Notes under the pieces: model-generated
The model's database searches: none
What the model was told of the DNA's origin: nothing
The model's input: the letters and a program-made list of their open reading frames with translations, nothing else
Assembly: GCA_000934665.2 (NCBI GenBank)
Contig: KZ538201.1
Span: 1 to 64,000 of the forward strand
DNA length: 64,000 nucleotides
Direction: 5' to 3'
Origin: Catajapyx aquilonaris
Lineage: Eukaryota
Program-made: the position numbers and the translations under genes
Part shown: positions 22,701-36,130 of the stretch, piece by piece
How positions within the stretch are numbered: the first letter of the stretch is position 1
Layout: the number at the start of each line of letters is the position of its first letter

Positions 22701-25700
22701 AGAGCCGGGCATTCCAGTCAGGATTAGTACCTGCGGACGATAGTTCTTCACATGTTCATCCACTTGATTCAGTTCCTGCACCGCTTTCAAAGCTGAGTTG
22801 AAGGACTGAGCTTGTGTGGATGATCCCCAATTCACCTCTATGCCAAATCAATCGTATTAGTCTTAACAGCTTTAGGCTACTTTCTGCCAGACAGTTTTAC
22901 CTGGTTTCCTGTATGACACATAGAGATATAAGGCAATCGTGACTGCAAATGTGATGAGTGCTGTCCACCAGGACATTAGGAACATTACGGCAAGGCACAG
23001 GATTGTTCCGAGGAGGCTGACCCAAGCATTGTAGTACTGCGGAAGTAAATAACGAGTCACCGAACACTTGCCACATTGTTTGTAAACATGATGCGCAGGT
23101 GTACACACAATTATTCCGCAACAATGTAACAATATTTTTCTGCAACATCGTACTATTTTCATCAATTGTGATATATTGCAGTATGGTAAATATTTACTTA
23201 ATATTTAAAGTACTGTAGGCCAGAAGGGTTGCAAAAATTATGATTGATCTAAGCATTTTGCCATTATTTGCTACAGGGCCACTTATTGCATAACCTGAAC
23301 AGTATTTATTAATACATTGCAAGCCATCGCTGCAGTTGTTGCCGGATAAATACCTTGAAGGATGGCCTCCATCCTGGCGACCTTGATATGCTTGCATGAA
23401 ACACTGAGAAGTTGATAAGGCAGTATGCGGCCAGGAAGAAGTTGGACAGCAACGGAGCAATAGCATTTAGTTCCGCTGTAAACAAAGGTGGTTTTTAATC
23501 GCCTGTGTTTGACTTTGAGATGTGACGCTTACCGATCAAGACGCAACCCAGAGCAATGAAGAACACCATCACGTAGCCTCGTACTGGATCATTATTCGCT
23601 CCATAACCCTTAGCAAAAAAGCCAATCACTGGGTACAACTTGTCCTTGGACAGGGCCTGAAAAATTAATGCAAATTGGATCACTTACACCTAATTATCTC
23701 TCCCAGGCAGCAAATGCGGAAAATGTTTACCTGCAAGACTCGAGGAGCACCGACCAAACTGGCAATTGCGGAAGAGAGGGTGGCAGCAAAGCAGCCTCCG
23801 TAAATGAGAGGTCCCCAGGCCGATGACAGCTCCATGGCTTGTGCACTGTTACGCAGGCCATAATCGCACTCCTTGTAGTTGCAGGTTTCGAAGTACTCGT
23901 TGGGAAAGTCGGAAGAGGTGTTCTGATGGATGAGATAGTCCGTGATATTTCCAGGAGCATCTCGAACCAGGCAACCTCCCATCATAATTCCGTAGATGAT
24001 GTAGCTGATGAAGGTGAAAACGATGGCCAGTAGCGTACCTTTCGGTATGGCTTGTCCAGGATCCTGAAATGCATAGCTCAGTGTTATAAGTACACTTAAC
24101 ATAACAATTTGTTTATGTACCTTCAAGTCTCCTGACAGGTTAGCACCTGCAACGATCCCTGTCACGGCAGGGAAGAAGACGCCAAAGACAGTGAAAAAGT
24201 CATTCTCAATTCCATGTTGCGTCTTGTATCCCGGACCAACATTATCGCTGAATGTTTTGCCTGCGGACAAATATTAGTTGTATTTAATCCTCGCCAGGAA
24301 CACAACGCACACGTACCATTGTATCCAATGAAGCCTTTGGATATGTCTTCGTCACTCATGGGACCAATGAAAGTTCCAATAATGAAGTCAATCTGCGAGA
24401 CGATCAGGACTGCCAGGAGAGCTAATTGGGTCTGAACAAATAGGATCAAGCGACATAATGTGAAATCCTGCATCTTCGACAGCCATACTCACACGTGTGA
24501 CCCAGTCCATCCCCACGAATACAAGGACCAGAATGGCAATCAGCGTCACAGTTCCAACAACCCTGATGTCGTTCGGCCCTCCATCGACCACCTGAAGACC
24601 ATTTTCAGCCAGCAGATCACTGAGCGACTCACAGAAGCCAACCAGGTATAACGACACTGCTATGGAGTTGGCTATGGTAAACATGAGCCCAATGGCACCT
24701 CCAAATTCAGGTCCCAAGGAGCGTGATATCATATAATAAATGCCGCCTGGAAGTTAAAAATTACTGGTATGCGGATAACGATTGCAGAAAACTAATCTAG
24801 AAGGACATTACTATGCGAAATGGCCACGTTATTCACATGCCACTGGCTGCATTATTGGAAATGTGGATGTAAAAAAGCGTCATGGGAAAGACTAATCTTG
24901 GGAGTCATATAATGTTCTTGTGAAATTTTTCATGTAGCAATGAGCCCCTGAAGTTTACGTAGGATGAAGCAGTGGCGGTGTGAATTATGAAGCCATCTCT
25001 CCGCATGTAACGCAGCGTACCTCCAGATATTTGACCATTGGTGCTGACTGCGGACATGGAAATGGCCGTGATGATGGTGACTGCGTTTGCTAAGGTGATT
25101 ATCACCAGACCCTGTACTAGGTAGAGACGTGATTCCAATATAACCCATCATCGGATGTTTGAATAAGCGGATGGTGGGCAAACAGCCCCACACAAAAAAA
25201 GACATGATGGTGTACTTACTGATTCCAGCCTGTCCTATTACCCAAGACAGCCTGAGAAAAAGCATGACACCCCAGATGTTGAGTAGACATCTCATCTGTA
25301 AGAAGAGTCATAATTAGTGCTCAATTATTGCAATTAATTGATGGCGACTAACTTACAAAGACGCCTTCGAGCCATCCGAACTTGATGACCTTCCCTTTCT
25401 TGGCTGGTTCCTCCACCGCTTTTTGGCCTGTAGACTGAAAAGATAACAAAAAGTGTGCAGAAAACTAATTTTGAGTCAGTGCGCCAAGTTTCAGCACACT
25501 CAGTAGTCTAGAAGTGGGTTAGGTAGCCTGGACATACAGACAAACTTTCACTTTTATAAATGTAAAATTTATTTGTTCATTAAAGTAAAAAAAAATGTAT
25601 GAAATATATTGAAAGTGTGCAGAAAACTAATATTTTGAATCAGTGTACCAAGTTTCAGTACTCTCAGTAGTCTGAAAGTAGGTTAAGTAGCCCGGACATA

Positions 25701-26124
25701 CAAACATTTGCGAAACTTTCCCATTTATAAGTGTAAGATGTCTGTTCTTCATTAGTTCATAAAAGTTTAAAAAAAAAAATCTTTTTGAAATAACCACGTT
25801 TCATTGGCTCTGAGTAGTCTAGATGTGAGTTAGGTAGCCTGGACACACAGACAAACTTTCCCTTTTATAAGTGTAAGATGTTACTTCATCATTTTTTGTT
25901 CATAAAGGAAAATAATAATAATATATTTTGAACCATATGGAAAAGTATGCAGAAAACTAATTTTTTTGAATCAGTGTTCCAAGCAAGGTTCCAAGTTTCA
26001 GCATTGTCAGTAGTCTGAAAGTGATTTAGGTAGCCCGGACATACAGAGAAACTGTCTGTTTTATAAGTGTAATTTGTTCTTAAGGACAAATATATATTTT
26101 TGAATTTTAAAAAATTTATTGTTG

Positions 26125-26191
<67 letters not shown>

Positions 26192-29100
26192 GGAATATAA
26201 ATTACTCCAAACACACAAATTGTTGATAAGACCCAATCTGATTGGACATCTTACGTAAGTTACCATGAACTTGCCCTTTTAATTAAAGGATTTCGTGACT
26301 CATGCGAATATTACATTCTTCGTAATCTGATCTCAATGACACGAATAGTCAGGGGGAAAATTTTTCCGAGTAATGAGACACCCTGTGCGGCAGCTGGTTC
26401 TTCCTGTCAGTTGATACTTTATCTTAAAACTCAGAACATCTGCTAGTTTTAGTGAGAGAGAGAGAGAGAGAGAAAAGGGACTTCCGGAGAGAGTGTTTAC
26501 AAGACATCCAGTGGTCAGGACCGGTATGCTCCCTTAGGGGTTTGGTCCTTCCCCAAAAATATAAAAGGGGACCCTCAAGTTCAAGGTCTGGGAACAAAAG
26601 ACGACCCCACAAGAAGAAGACCCGTACCCTGCAGTTCCCAAAAACTCGAAAAACAACTAAACTTTCTCTCCCTCCCCAAAAATATATGTTGCCTTTGCAA
26701 TTCCCCTCTCCACGTGTCACTACTTTTGATGGGCAAGGCCTGGCTTTGCAGATCCAATTTTTGCAAAGCCAATTGTTGATTCTAAAAATAGATCGGCCGC
26801 GAAATTTCCATCACAAACAAACTTCGCTTCGCTTCGTAGCGTTTATAGGGAAGGAATGAAGAAAAAAAAAATTGCATAGAAAAAATATATATAGCCATTT
26901 GCGTCATCAGACTCCAAAAAATGTCGGCTCTTCGGTTATGATAATAAAGTGGTGTGCAATACAAAAGTTCTTGCGCCATATTTAGGATGTCCAAATAACA
27001 CGCGAGAAGCACACTTCGACACCTTTGAGGCATCAACGTACGTCAAGGGTACGTGTGACATGTGACACGCGATCCGGTGTAAAATCCCTCTAAAAAAAAA
27101 AAACAAAAAAAAATCACGCCTCTAACTATCATAGTGTTACATGTCAACACACTTCCCGTGTTCGAGCCAAAAATAAGCCGAATTACAGTGGTAATAAAAT
27201 GTATGATGTGAAGCAAGTTGCACTGACGATTTCAAACGCAACATTTTCCTCGCCCTAGCAATATGCACTTTTTTTCAGTTTTAGCTGTGAGAGATGGTCA
27301 CCTTTTTTTTTCTCTTCAGTAAGTTCAAGTTCAATCTAAGAATTAATTATAGTTTAATTTTTTTAATACGTGCAGATTTTTATGAACTATCTAACACAAT
27401 GCAAGTGCCCTATATGTGGGACGTTATTAAACGAGCTCTTGCAATATTTTTTTCTGAATTTTGGAAAAATTATTGATCTTAATTAATTTTGGAATGTGTC
27501 ATTAATTAATTTTGGGAAAATGTACCGCCCAATCAATTAATTTTTTAAATGTAGCAATTAATGTTGGAAAATGTACAAGTACGACAAGTAGCCAAATAAT
27601 TAATTTTGTAGCAATTAATTAATTTTGGAAAATGTAATTAATTGACAATAATTTGGGAAAATGTAATTCATTGACTAGATAATTTGGAAATAATTTGGAA
27701 AATGAGTAAATCATTAATTTTGGAATGTGTCGTTAATTAAATTAGGAAAATGCACCAATCAATTTTGGAAAATGTAGCAATGAATTAATTTTGGAAAATG
27801 CAGAAATATTAAATTACGGTATTAGTTTTGGAAAATTAGTAATTAATTTTGGGAAACGCTGTGATATTATTTTTGGGGATCAATATTAATTAGTTGGGGA
27901 AAGTGTAGTAATTAATATATAGTATGAGAAAATGTAATTAATTTGTTAATTTTTCAAGTAGGGGACATTTATTTTGCGAATTTTGACACTCTTGAGACGT
28001 GTCGCGTTTCTTGTTGATGACAGAGGCATGACAACCACGTGGAATAGCATTGCAACCGAATAGTTTCATCTATCTCAAGTATGTCTCTTGGACTCTCCAG
28101 TGCGTCACTAAGCACTCTGTAACTGCAATTTCCGGACGCGAAGACTTTGTAATCACAGTAATGGACCGCGTAATGACTCATCGTTTGCATAACGTTGCAA
28201 TTTCTCTGAACTATGATTTCTAGCTATTTTTATGAAGCCCACCAGGGCCGAGCCGACCACACCCCTGCAACAATAAAAACTTGTGTGTGTGTGTGTGTTG
28301 TGACATCCTTTCTCTCTCTAGCTTGGTGTGTGTATAGCTCTGAGACAATCCATTAATATTGGGCTGGAATTGGGACCACCACAGGTGGGCCCAAACTACA
28401 AGTCAATTAAAAGTGGCCCAGAATGAAGTGGAAGAAGAAAGGTTGACACACTGATGGGGACAATCAATATACTGTCGAGTCATGACGTATTCCTGGAAGC
28501 TCTATATCCTGACCTGGGTGGCCATGAATAGTTAGGAAACATCCGACTAATCATAATTAATTAATTAATGCTAATTGGTTAGCTCATGCTCATACGTAGT
28601 TGATTGCAAATTAATCTCCTGACAAATGCACAAACTGCTGTTTGACGACTCCAGACATTTGTCTCTAATATTAGCTACTAAAATAGCCAATAAATAATAT
28701 TGGCTGCCAAAATAGTTAAGCCATAGTAATTTACAATTTTTCTATATACAGTATTTTACATGTGCACGATTGCAATGAGAACCGTTGTTTAAATATTGTT
28801 TTCACAATGAACATAAATAAAAACTTGGCTACTGAAATAGCTGATAAATGACATTGGCTACTGAAATATCCGATAAATAATGTTGACTACTAAAATATCG
28901 GATAAAAATAATATTGGCTCCCAAACTAGCTAATAATGTTGACTACTTAAATAGCTGATAAATAATATTGGCTACTAAATAGCTAATAGTATTGACTGCT
29001 AAATAGCTAATCATATCTTGTCATATCAGCTACTGAAATATCTAATAGATAACATTGGCTACTAAATAGCTGGTAAATAATGTCTAATAAATAGGTGCTT

Positions 29101-31670
29101 GATAATATTGTCTAATAAATAGGTGCTTGATAATATTGGCTACTAAATAGCTGGTAAATAATGTCTAATAAATAGCTGTTTTATAAAATTGGCTACTAAA
29201 TGTCTAAAAATATTGGCTACTGAAACAGCTAATGAATAAAATTGACTGCTCATAAACAGATAATAACCATATTGGCTACTAAAATATCCAATAAATAATA
29301 TTGGCCACCAAAATAGCTAATAATGTTGGCTTATAAATGTTTAATAAAATAATGTTGCCTGCTAAAATAGCTGATAAAAATAATATTGGCTACGAAAAAG
29401 CTAATAAATAAAATTTACTGTTAATAGCTAATCATATCTTGTCACATCGGCTACTAAATAGCTAATAAATAATATTGGTTACTAAATGGCTAAAAATAAT
29501 ATTGGCTACAGAAATAGCTAATAAATAAAATTGACTGCTAAATAGCTAATCATATCTTGTCATATGGGCTACTAAATAGCTAAAAATAATATTGACTACA
29601 GAAATGGCAAAAAATAATATTGGCTACAGAAATAGCTAATAATGTTGGCTTCTGAATATCTATAATAAAAATAATGTTGCCTTCTCAATATCTCTTAAGA
29701 AAAATAATGTTGCCTACTAAAATAGCAGTCGAGTTTTAATAGTTTAAAAATCAATGGTTTCTAAAAGGAGAGTAACACTCCGTCGCACAGGGAATCCCAG
29801 TGACTGCGATACTTTATTTGCGGATCGATGGCCCCGATAGCCTATATTTTCCAGGTATAAAAAGGTGAAGAAACCCTCACCCACTCGAGCTGGTTTTAGC
29901 TATTACTCAAGAAGCTATCTCGTTCTTCAAAGGGGAGGGAAGGGAGGGAGGGAAAAACCTTTTTGACGAAATACAAAATTAGCTCCCCGTGAGATGCGTC
30001 TGGGGTTAATTATATAGTTCCGGCCTTTACTATTTTAGGATACTTGGGAGNGGGGGGGGGGGGGGGGGGTGTTGGAGGGCGCCAAACTTACTTCGAGGGT
30101 TAGTTGTTGGTGGTGGTGGTATAAACATGTGCATTAGTTTGGTTCGATGACCCGAATATTGTTGCATTTGTTTTGGATGGCCTCGTTTGTTTTGTCCTTA
30201 CTAAATGACGAATGTTGCAAGGGTTTTTGGCAGACGGAGAAGGACAACGACCTCCGACCGGTGACGACAAGTCTGGGCGACAGGCCCAATGGACTTTTGA
30301 CACACTTGTCACGTCACGTCATCGCAACAAGTATAAGAGGGGGACAAACATGCGATGCTAATTTTTATGAATTTATTCTTCACGAGAGAGAGAAAAAATC
30401 ATGTTACACAATTTTTCGCTGATTTTGGCATATGACCAGCAGCGTCTGCTTTAGCTTGTCATACATCATCTCTAAACCAATGAGCATATTACATAACCGT
30501 CTCCCGCAGTTTATTTCCGGACTCACCAAGTTATTTGAAAAGTGCTGAAGCATGTTTTTTTCCGAGAAGTTTTTTTTAAAGGGGGGGAAGGGNNNNGGGG
30601 GGGGGGAAGTTTGACACGACATGTTCGAGTTCCAAGGATAATCACAGGGATGGCTTGGAGTGTACAGGGTGATTCAGAAATTTCCCTGTTGCTGCGATGA
30701 ACAATATATTATTGAACTGAGCAATGAATCACCCTGTACAGATGGGAACGAAAACCATCAGTTATTTCCTGCACGAAACTACTAAATATAATTTTTTTTC
30801 GGTTATTTTTACTATTGTTGATACTATAACGGTATCGATATTAATGTAAACTCAGCAAACTGTTTTTGCGATTTTAAAAAAAAGCAGCGGTGTACAGTGT
30901 TGGACATTAATTCCGCCATACTGCTAGCGACATTTTCTAAGGGGCAGATGTGCAAATTTAACAAGACAATTTTTTTAAAAAAAATTCGCATGCTCAAAAA
31001 TAGTGCTTTGGTCATGACTCCAGATTCCGTTTGCTTATTTGTGTCACGAGAATACGAACTAGCCGGAGAAAAATCAGGGTGGGATTATTGCCAGGGAATA
31101 TTGGCAACTATTTAATTGTTGGAAGCATTTCTTGTAGGTCAGTGCTTCTTTTTTTTTTTGCCAAATTTTTTGAATACAAAATGTATGCAGGATTGCCCAA
31201 GGACCAATCCCAGATCAGACCAGTTGTAGCTAGTTCACATTAATTGATTGCGAATTTTTTTGCCGAAAAATTTGCAATGTTGGATACTATCGGAAATACC
31301 CGGTTCCGATCATGTAAAAAAAACACACACACACACACACATGACTTTTTAACATTCAGCTAATGCATCTAATTAGCTCTGTCCCTGATTGGCTGAAAGT
31401 TTGACGTTTGAGATCTAAGAGGTCAATCCTTCTAACCTTGATAAGATCAAGGCGACAAGTGTCATCCATCCACCTGCTCATTTACATTACAAGACGAGGT
31501 TAGTGACGCTGCTAGCCCAGTTCTTCTTTTTTTTTAAATTATATTGTTTTTTTATTGTTGAACTAGTTGGATGTAAGTGAGCGGAGATTGTTGTCTTAGT
31601 ATCGTTAATGAGCCGCCGAATGAATGGGTGTGGTCTTTTTTTGTGTATTAGCTGGGATGCAAAATTGAAC

Positions 31671-31733
<63 letters not shown>

Positions 31734-32264
31734 GAGTGCGCACCCACATTGGCGCAGCTCTATTGTTCCGACAACAAAGTTGCCAGAGTTAAGGGGACAC
31801 TGAGATTCCTTCTAAAGCTTTGGCAACGTCGCACACGTTAGAGTAGCGTTGGAAATAAGTGAAACGCAGTACACCTACTGACCTACTATAAAGAGAGCTT
31901 ACCACTGAACTGTTATTGATAATTCCAACCGTGCACACTGCGCGAACTGTGGTGCGCACTCGGTTGCGCTCGTCAAAAAATTTATTTTTACTACTGCTGC
32001 TACTGCTGCTACTACTACCTGCATTCGTTTTGACAACAAAGTTGCCAGAATTACCCTCCAGGAGCCGCTGAGGTTCGTTTTATATCCTTGGCAACGTAGC
32101 AAATGTCAACCATTTTGCCCCTCCCAAAAGCGTAGCGTTGGAAATAAGTACAGCGCAGTACACCAACTATACAGAGAGCTTCTCAACAACCATTGATAAT
32201 TCCAACCATGCAAGCTGCGCGAATTGTGATGCGCACTCGGTTGCGCTAGTAAAAAATTCATCAA

Positions 32265-32334
<70 letters not shown>

Positions 32335-35300
32335 CAATAATATTTTCCGCTGTGTTTATCCTTTCCAATCCGGGTTATTGCAGAAGCTGATTCAATTGTT
32401 GTCTATCAGAAGCAGACCATAAACACGTGCATGCCCGATTGTGCGGCATTGTATGGACATTGACACAGTTGTGTGGGATTCATAATGGGAATCACGTGTG
32501 TGTGTTTGTGATGTTGACAGAAGGCGGCGTGGTTTTTACAACAAGTACGGAAAAAACCACGTGAAACGTAACAATTTTTTTTTGCATTTCATTTGAAACA
32601 ATATCGTTTATGAGAAAATTGCATGCTTTTTATTGTAGGAATCGAGCGAAAAACATGTTAACCAACAGTGAAGTAACATGTTTTTTTTTCGGAGCCTTTT
32701 AATTGAAAAAAATGCAAATTTGAAATGACTGAATGAATATTTTCGTGCCGAAATAAATTCTCAATTATTTCTGCCTGTTTAACTGGAACTCAACATATAA
32801 CTAGGTACATAAGTCAAGGTCCAGCTATTTATACAGATAAATAAGGAAGTGCTGGAAGCGATCCGTGCAAAAGTCAGGTTCGACTGGCATTACGTCGTAA
32901 CTACTTTTTTTTTTTCTGCCACTAACACCATACAATGGGGTAATAAGACAAACAGCTTCAAGGATCAGACAGAGATGAGTATAAATTAACTTAAGGGTCT
33001 AGCTGGAGGGGGGGGGGNGGGGGGGAAGTCACGTGTTAGCTGTCAAGGAGTTTCGCCAAAAAAAATATATTGGCAAGAATCGATCTGCAACGTGACAGGT
33101 ACGATGTTACACACCGACCTTGTGTAGAAATTTCTATAGCGAGTTATTGGAATTCGTTACACGTTATGCCGCCATTTTTTTTTGCAGTAAGGCGTGATAG
33201 TTTCACTTTTTTTATTACTTGTAATTACACACTGTCTAGGGTTAATAATTATGGGATTTAATGTCTTTCAAGGGCGTGATACTGATTGGTTATATTCAGA
33301 TTAGTATGGCAAATGCGAGTTTAGGTAAGGCGTTTAGTTAAGATGTGATTTAATGATATAAAACGCCAGGTCATACTTCCTAATCGTACGCTGGGTAAGG
33401 TCACTTCAGTGGAATACAATGCATGTCACTCATACCCGTTTTGTAAACCAAAACAGTCATTGTTCTTATGCAACTTTTTTTTGTGTGTGTGTATATTATA
33501 AACTTTGGCCTGATGTTTTAAATCTGCTCTAGAAAAAGCGATGTCTAAGCATAATGATGTCCTGTCGATGTTTATTAATATTAATTTATTTCAACCGCAA
33601 AAAAAATGACTGTGCCGTGACCCGGGATCGAACCGGGGACCTTTAGATCTTCAGTCTAACGCTCTCCCAACTGAGCTATCCCGGCTGTCTGATGTTTACT
33701 CAACTAGATAAGCCACACAACATGAGCTTCAAAAGTTTTTCAACGAAATATTGTGTCATCATCTTATCAGATATGACATAATTAGCAATGAACTAACCGC
33801 ACTGCATAAAAAATGGCGAATGAAAAATAACAATAACTTTTAATATTATTAATTATTAGTTATTAATTATTATTCCTGCCATGAAACGAATCGGACCACC
33901 CTCGTACACACATACACAGCCCTCCATTCACAACATGTGTGTGCGTGACGTGCGCAATTGGTCAATTGGCAATCGTATGTGTCCAGTAGCTGCGAGCTAA
34001 ATCCTGCAGGGTCAGCCAGTCTGGCAGGTTTGCCCGTGAAAATATTTGCCAATTAGGCACCCCCATTCAGAAAAGATTGTTGCAACATGTCACACACATA
34101 CACGACGCCACATATTCGCCAACTCATAAATCGTATGGAGTTTCGCAAAATAATAATAACTAATAACCCAATAATATTAATATAATAATCGACAGTTCCC
34201 ACAACTCCTCCCGCACCGTACGGCCTACAGCATTGGGAATGGTGTGAAAATTTAGCCAGCGTTTTCTATATTTGCAATAAACATTTTGTTGTTGGAAATA
34301 ATGTCCAGGGAATTTATGAAACGCAAAAAACGCCGACCGCCTCAAAAAAAACTGACTGCGACCTTTCCACGGAATTCCCATTTCCGCCGTTCCGGGCGCG
34401 GGGTGCAACCTCCTGGGTGGCATCTCGCTTCTGCACCGCCTTACTTTGGCACTTCACTGTCGGATGTCGCTGCCTGGTCCGCGTCTCTCTCGCTCTCCCC
34501 CCACTTTCGCAATTTTGCCTAAATTTTTGCCTAATTTTGGCAAGTTGGTGCCTAGTTGTTATTATTAAGCTATTATCATTAGCTAGATAGTACTTCATAT
34601 GTTGACAGTCACCCAGTGACCTCTGCGCTATTTTAAGACTGAATATATTAATTTTTATGGCCGAATATATTTTGCGTGCAAAAAATGGCGATAGTATCAT
34701 TCGGTAGGTGCCAATTATCTGTAGGACCTGACTGTGACAAATGGTGACGTAAACTAGCAGCCTTCCAGACCTAATGTTATTGGCAAAAAGTCACTCGCAC
34801 ACACTTTTTTGCACGATATTTGACCTTGGTACACACACAAAAAAAGTTGCGGAACATATGGTCAACATTGCAGAAGTGTCCTTGTGACATGTGTACGAGT
34901 TGCAGCCGGTTTTGGCGCGTGGTTTTTTCTTTCTCGACCAGAAGTGTGTGTGTGTGTTTGTGTACAGTTGGTGTTGCCAAATTTGTGTGTGCGAAAAATA
35001 ATTGGAGGCTTTTTTTTGGGGGGGGGGGGGGGGGNNNNNNNNNNNNNNNNGGGCCCCCTGGTCGTTGACAGTTCCAGGTGTTGGTTGCCACGTCGATACT
35101 TTCAATGGCGAACTGGGTATTGGGGTCATTTGCGGTCCGATACCATCGAATAAATTGTGGTTGACAAGTACAGTATTGTCAACGTAGAAACAGAATATTA
35201 TGTTAGTACATATTGTGGGTATAACAACAAACTAATCAACAGAATTTCAGTAACATGAAAAATTTGATCCATCGACCGCCATGACAGTTTAGGGCAAAAA

Positions 35301-36076
35301 TCAGGCACTTTTCTTTTTTTCCCAAGTTATCTTTGGACGTTGAATGTTATTGTAATTTATTTTTTGTTCTATTGATTAATAGTTCATAGGAAGGTTATAA
35401 CCGACTGGGAAGCGAATATTCGCGATGCAATCACTACAATGTTGACACCATGACATCATCAGGTTGTCACGTAAACGATCGAGCGATTAGGTAATCAGAT
35501 CCATCTATTCGACCATAAAATCTTCGCAAAAAAAAAAGATATCTGCAACTCAGTGATATTCAAAGCCATTCAAGTTCATTGGGCAAGCAAAAATTAGCAC
35601 TTGCCATTTTAAAAAAAAAAAAAAAAGTTTGAGGTCAAATTCGTCAAGGGGATGGAAACCAGCTGACATTTTTGTTTTTGGACACTTAAGGACTTGTGTT
35701 ATGCAAATTTTTTTTTATTTAAGCGACTGGAAGGGTGCGGTCGAGAGGGGCCACCCCCCCCCCNCCCCCCCCCCCCCTGAGATGTCTTTAACCTCTGAGA
35801 AAAGTCGATGAACCATTTCGCAAAAACATGGCCTGCCCGTTGCATCCTTGAAATTTTTATGCTCCATTGTTTCCTCCCCCTATAGGGCCCCCACATTGTT
35901 GCGCTTTTGGCGGGAAATGTCGTGGGACCGTGGTCATGAAGCGTGTACCATTTTGCAAAAAAGGACATCTGGACGTTATTTTTTTTGTCTTATATTTCGG
36001 GCTATTATGTGGCATGCAAAATGAACCAGACGCGTCCAAAAAAATGACCTTGACAATGGACGCCATGTTGGTTTTT

Positions 36077-36130
<54 letters not shown>

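Noticed and set aside
24747..25020. Extra mutually exclusive copies of the 96-nt TM2 exon (NKCC2 A/B/F style)
   Set aside because: No second SMSA.STNG-like exon is visible in the flanking introns of paralog 1 or 2.
35017..35058. G/C homopolymer tracts with Ns (also near 19690, 30050, 30595, 33010, 35760)
   Set aside because: Ns sit inside poly-G/C runs, typical of sequencing or assembly failure; lengths are unreliable, so no G-quadruplex claim is made.
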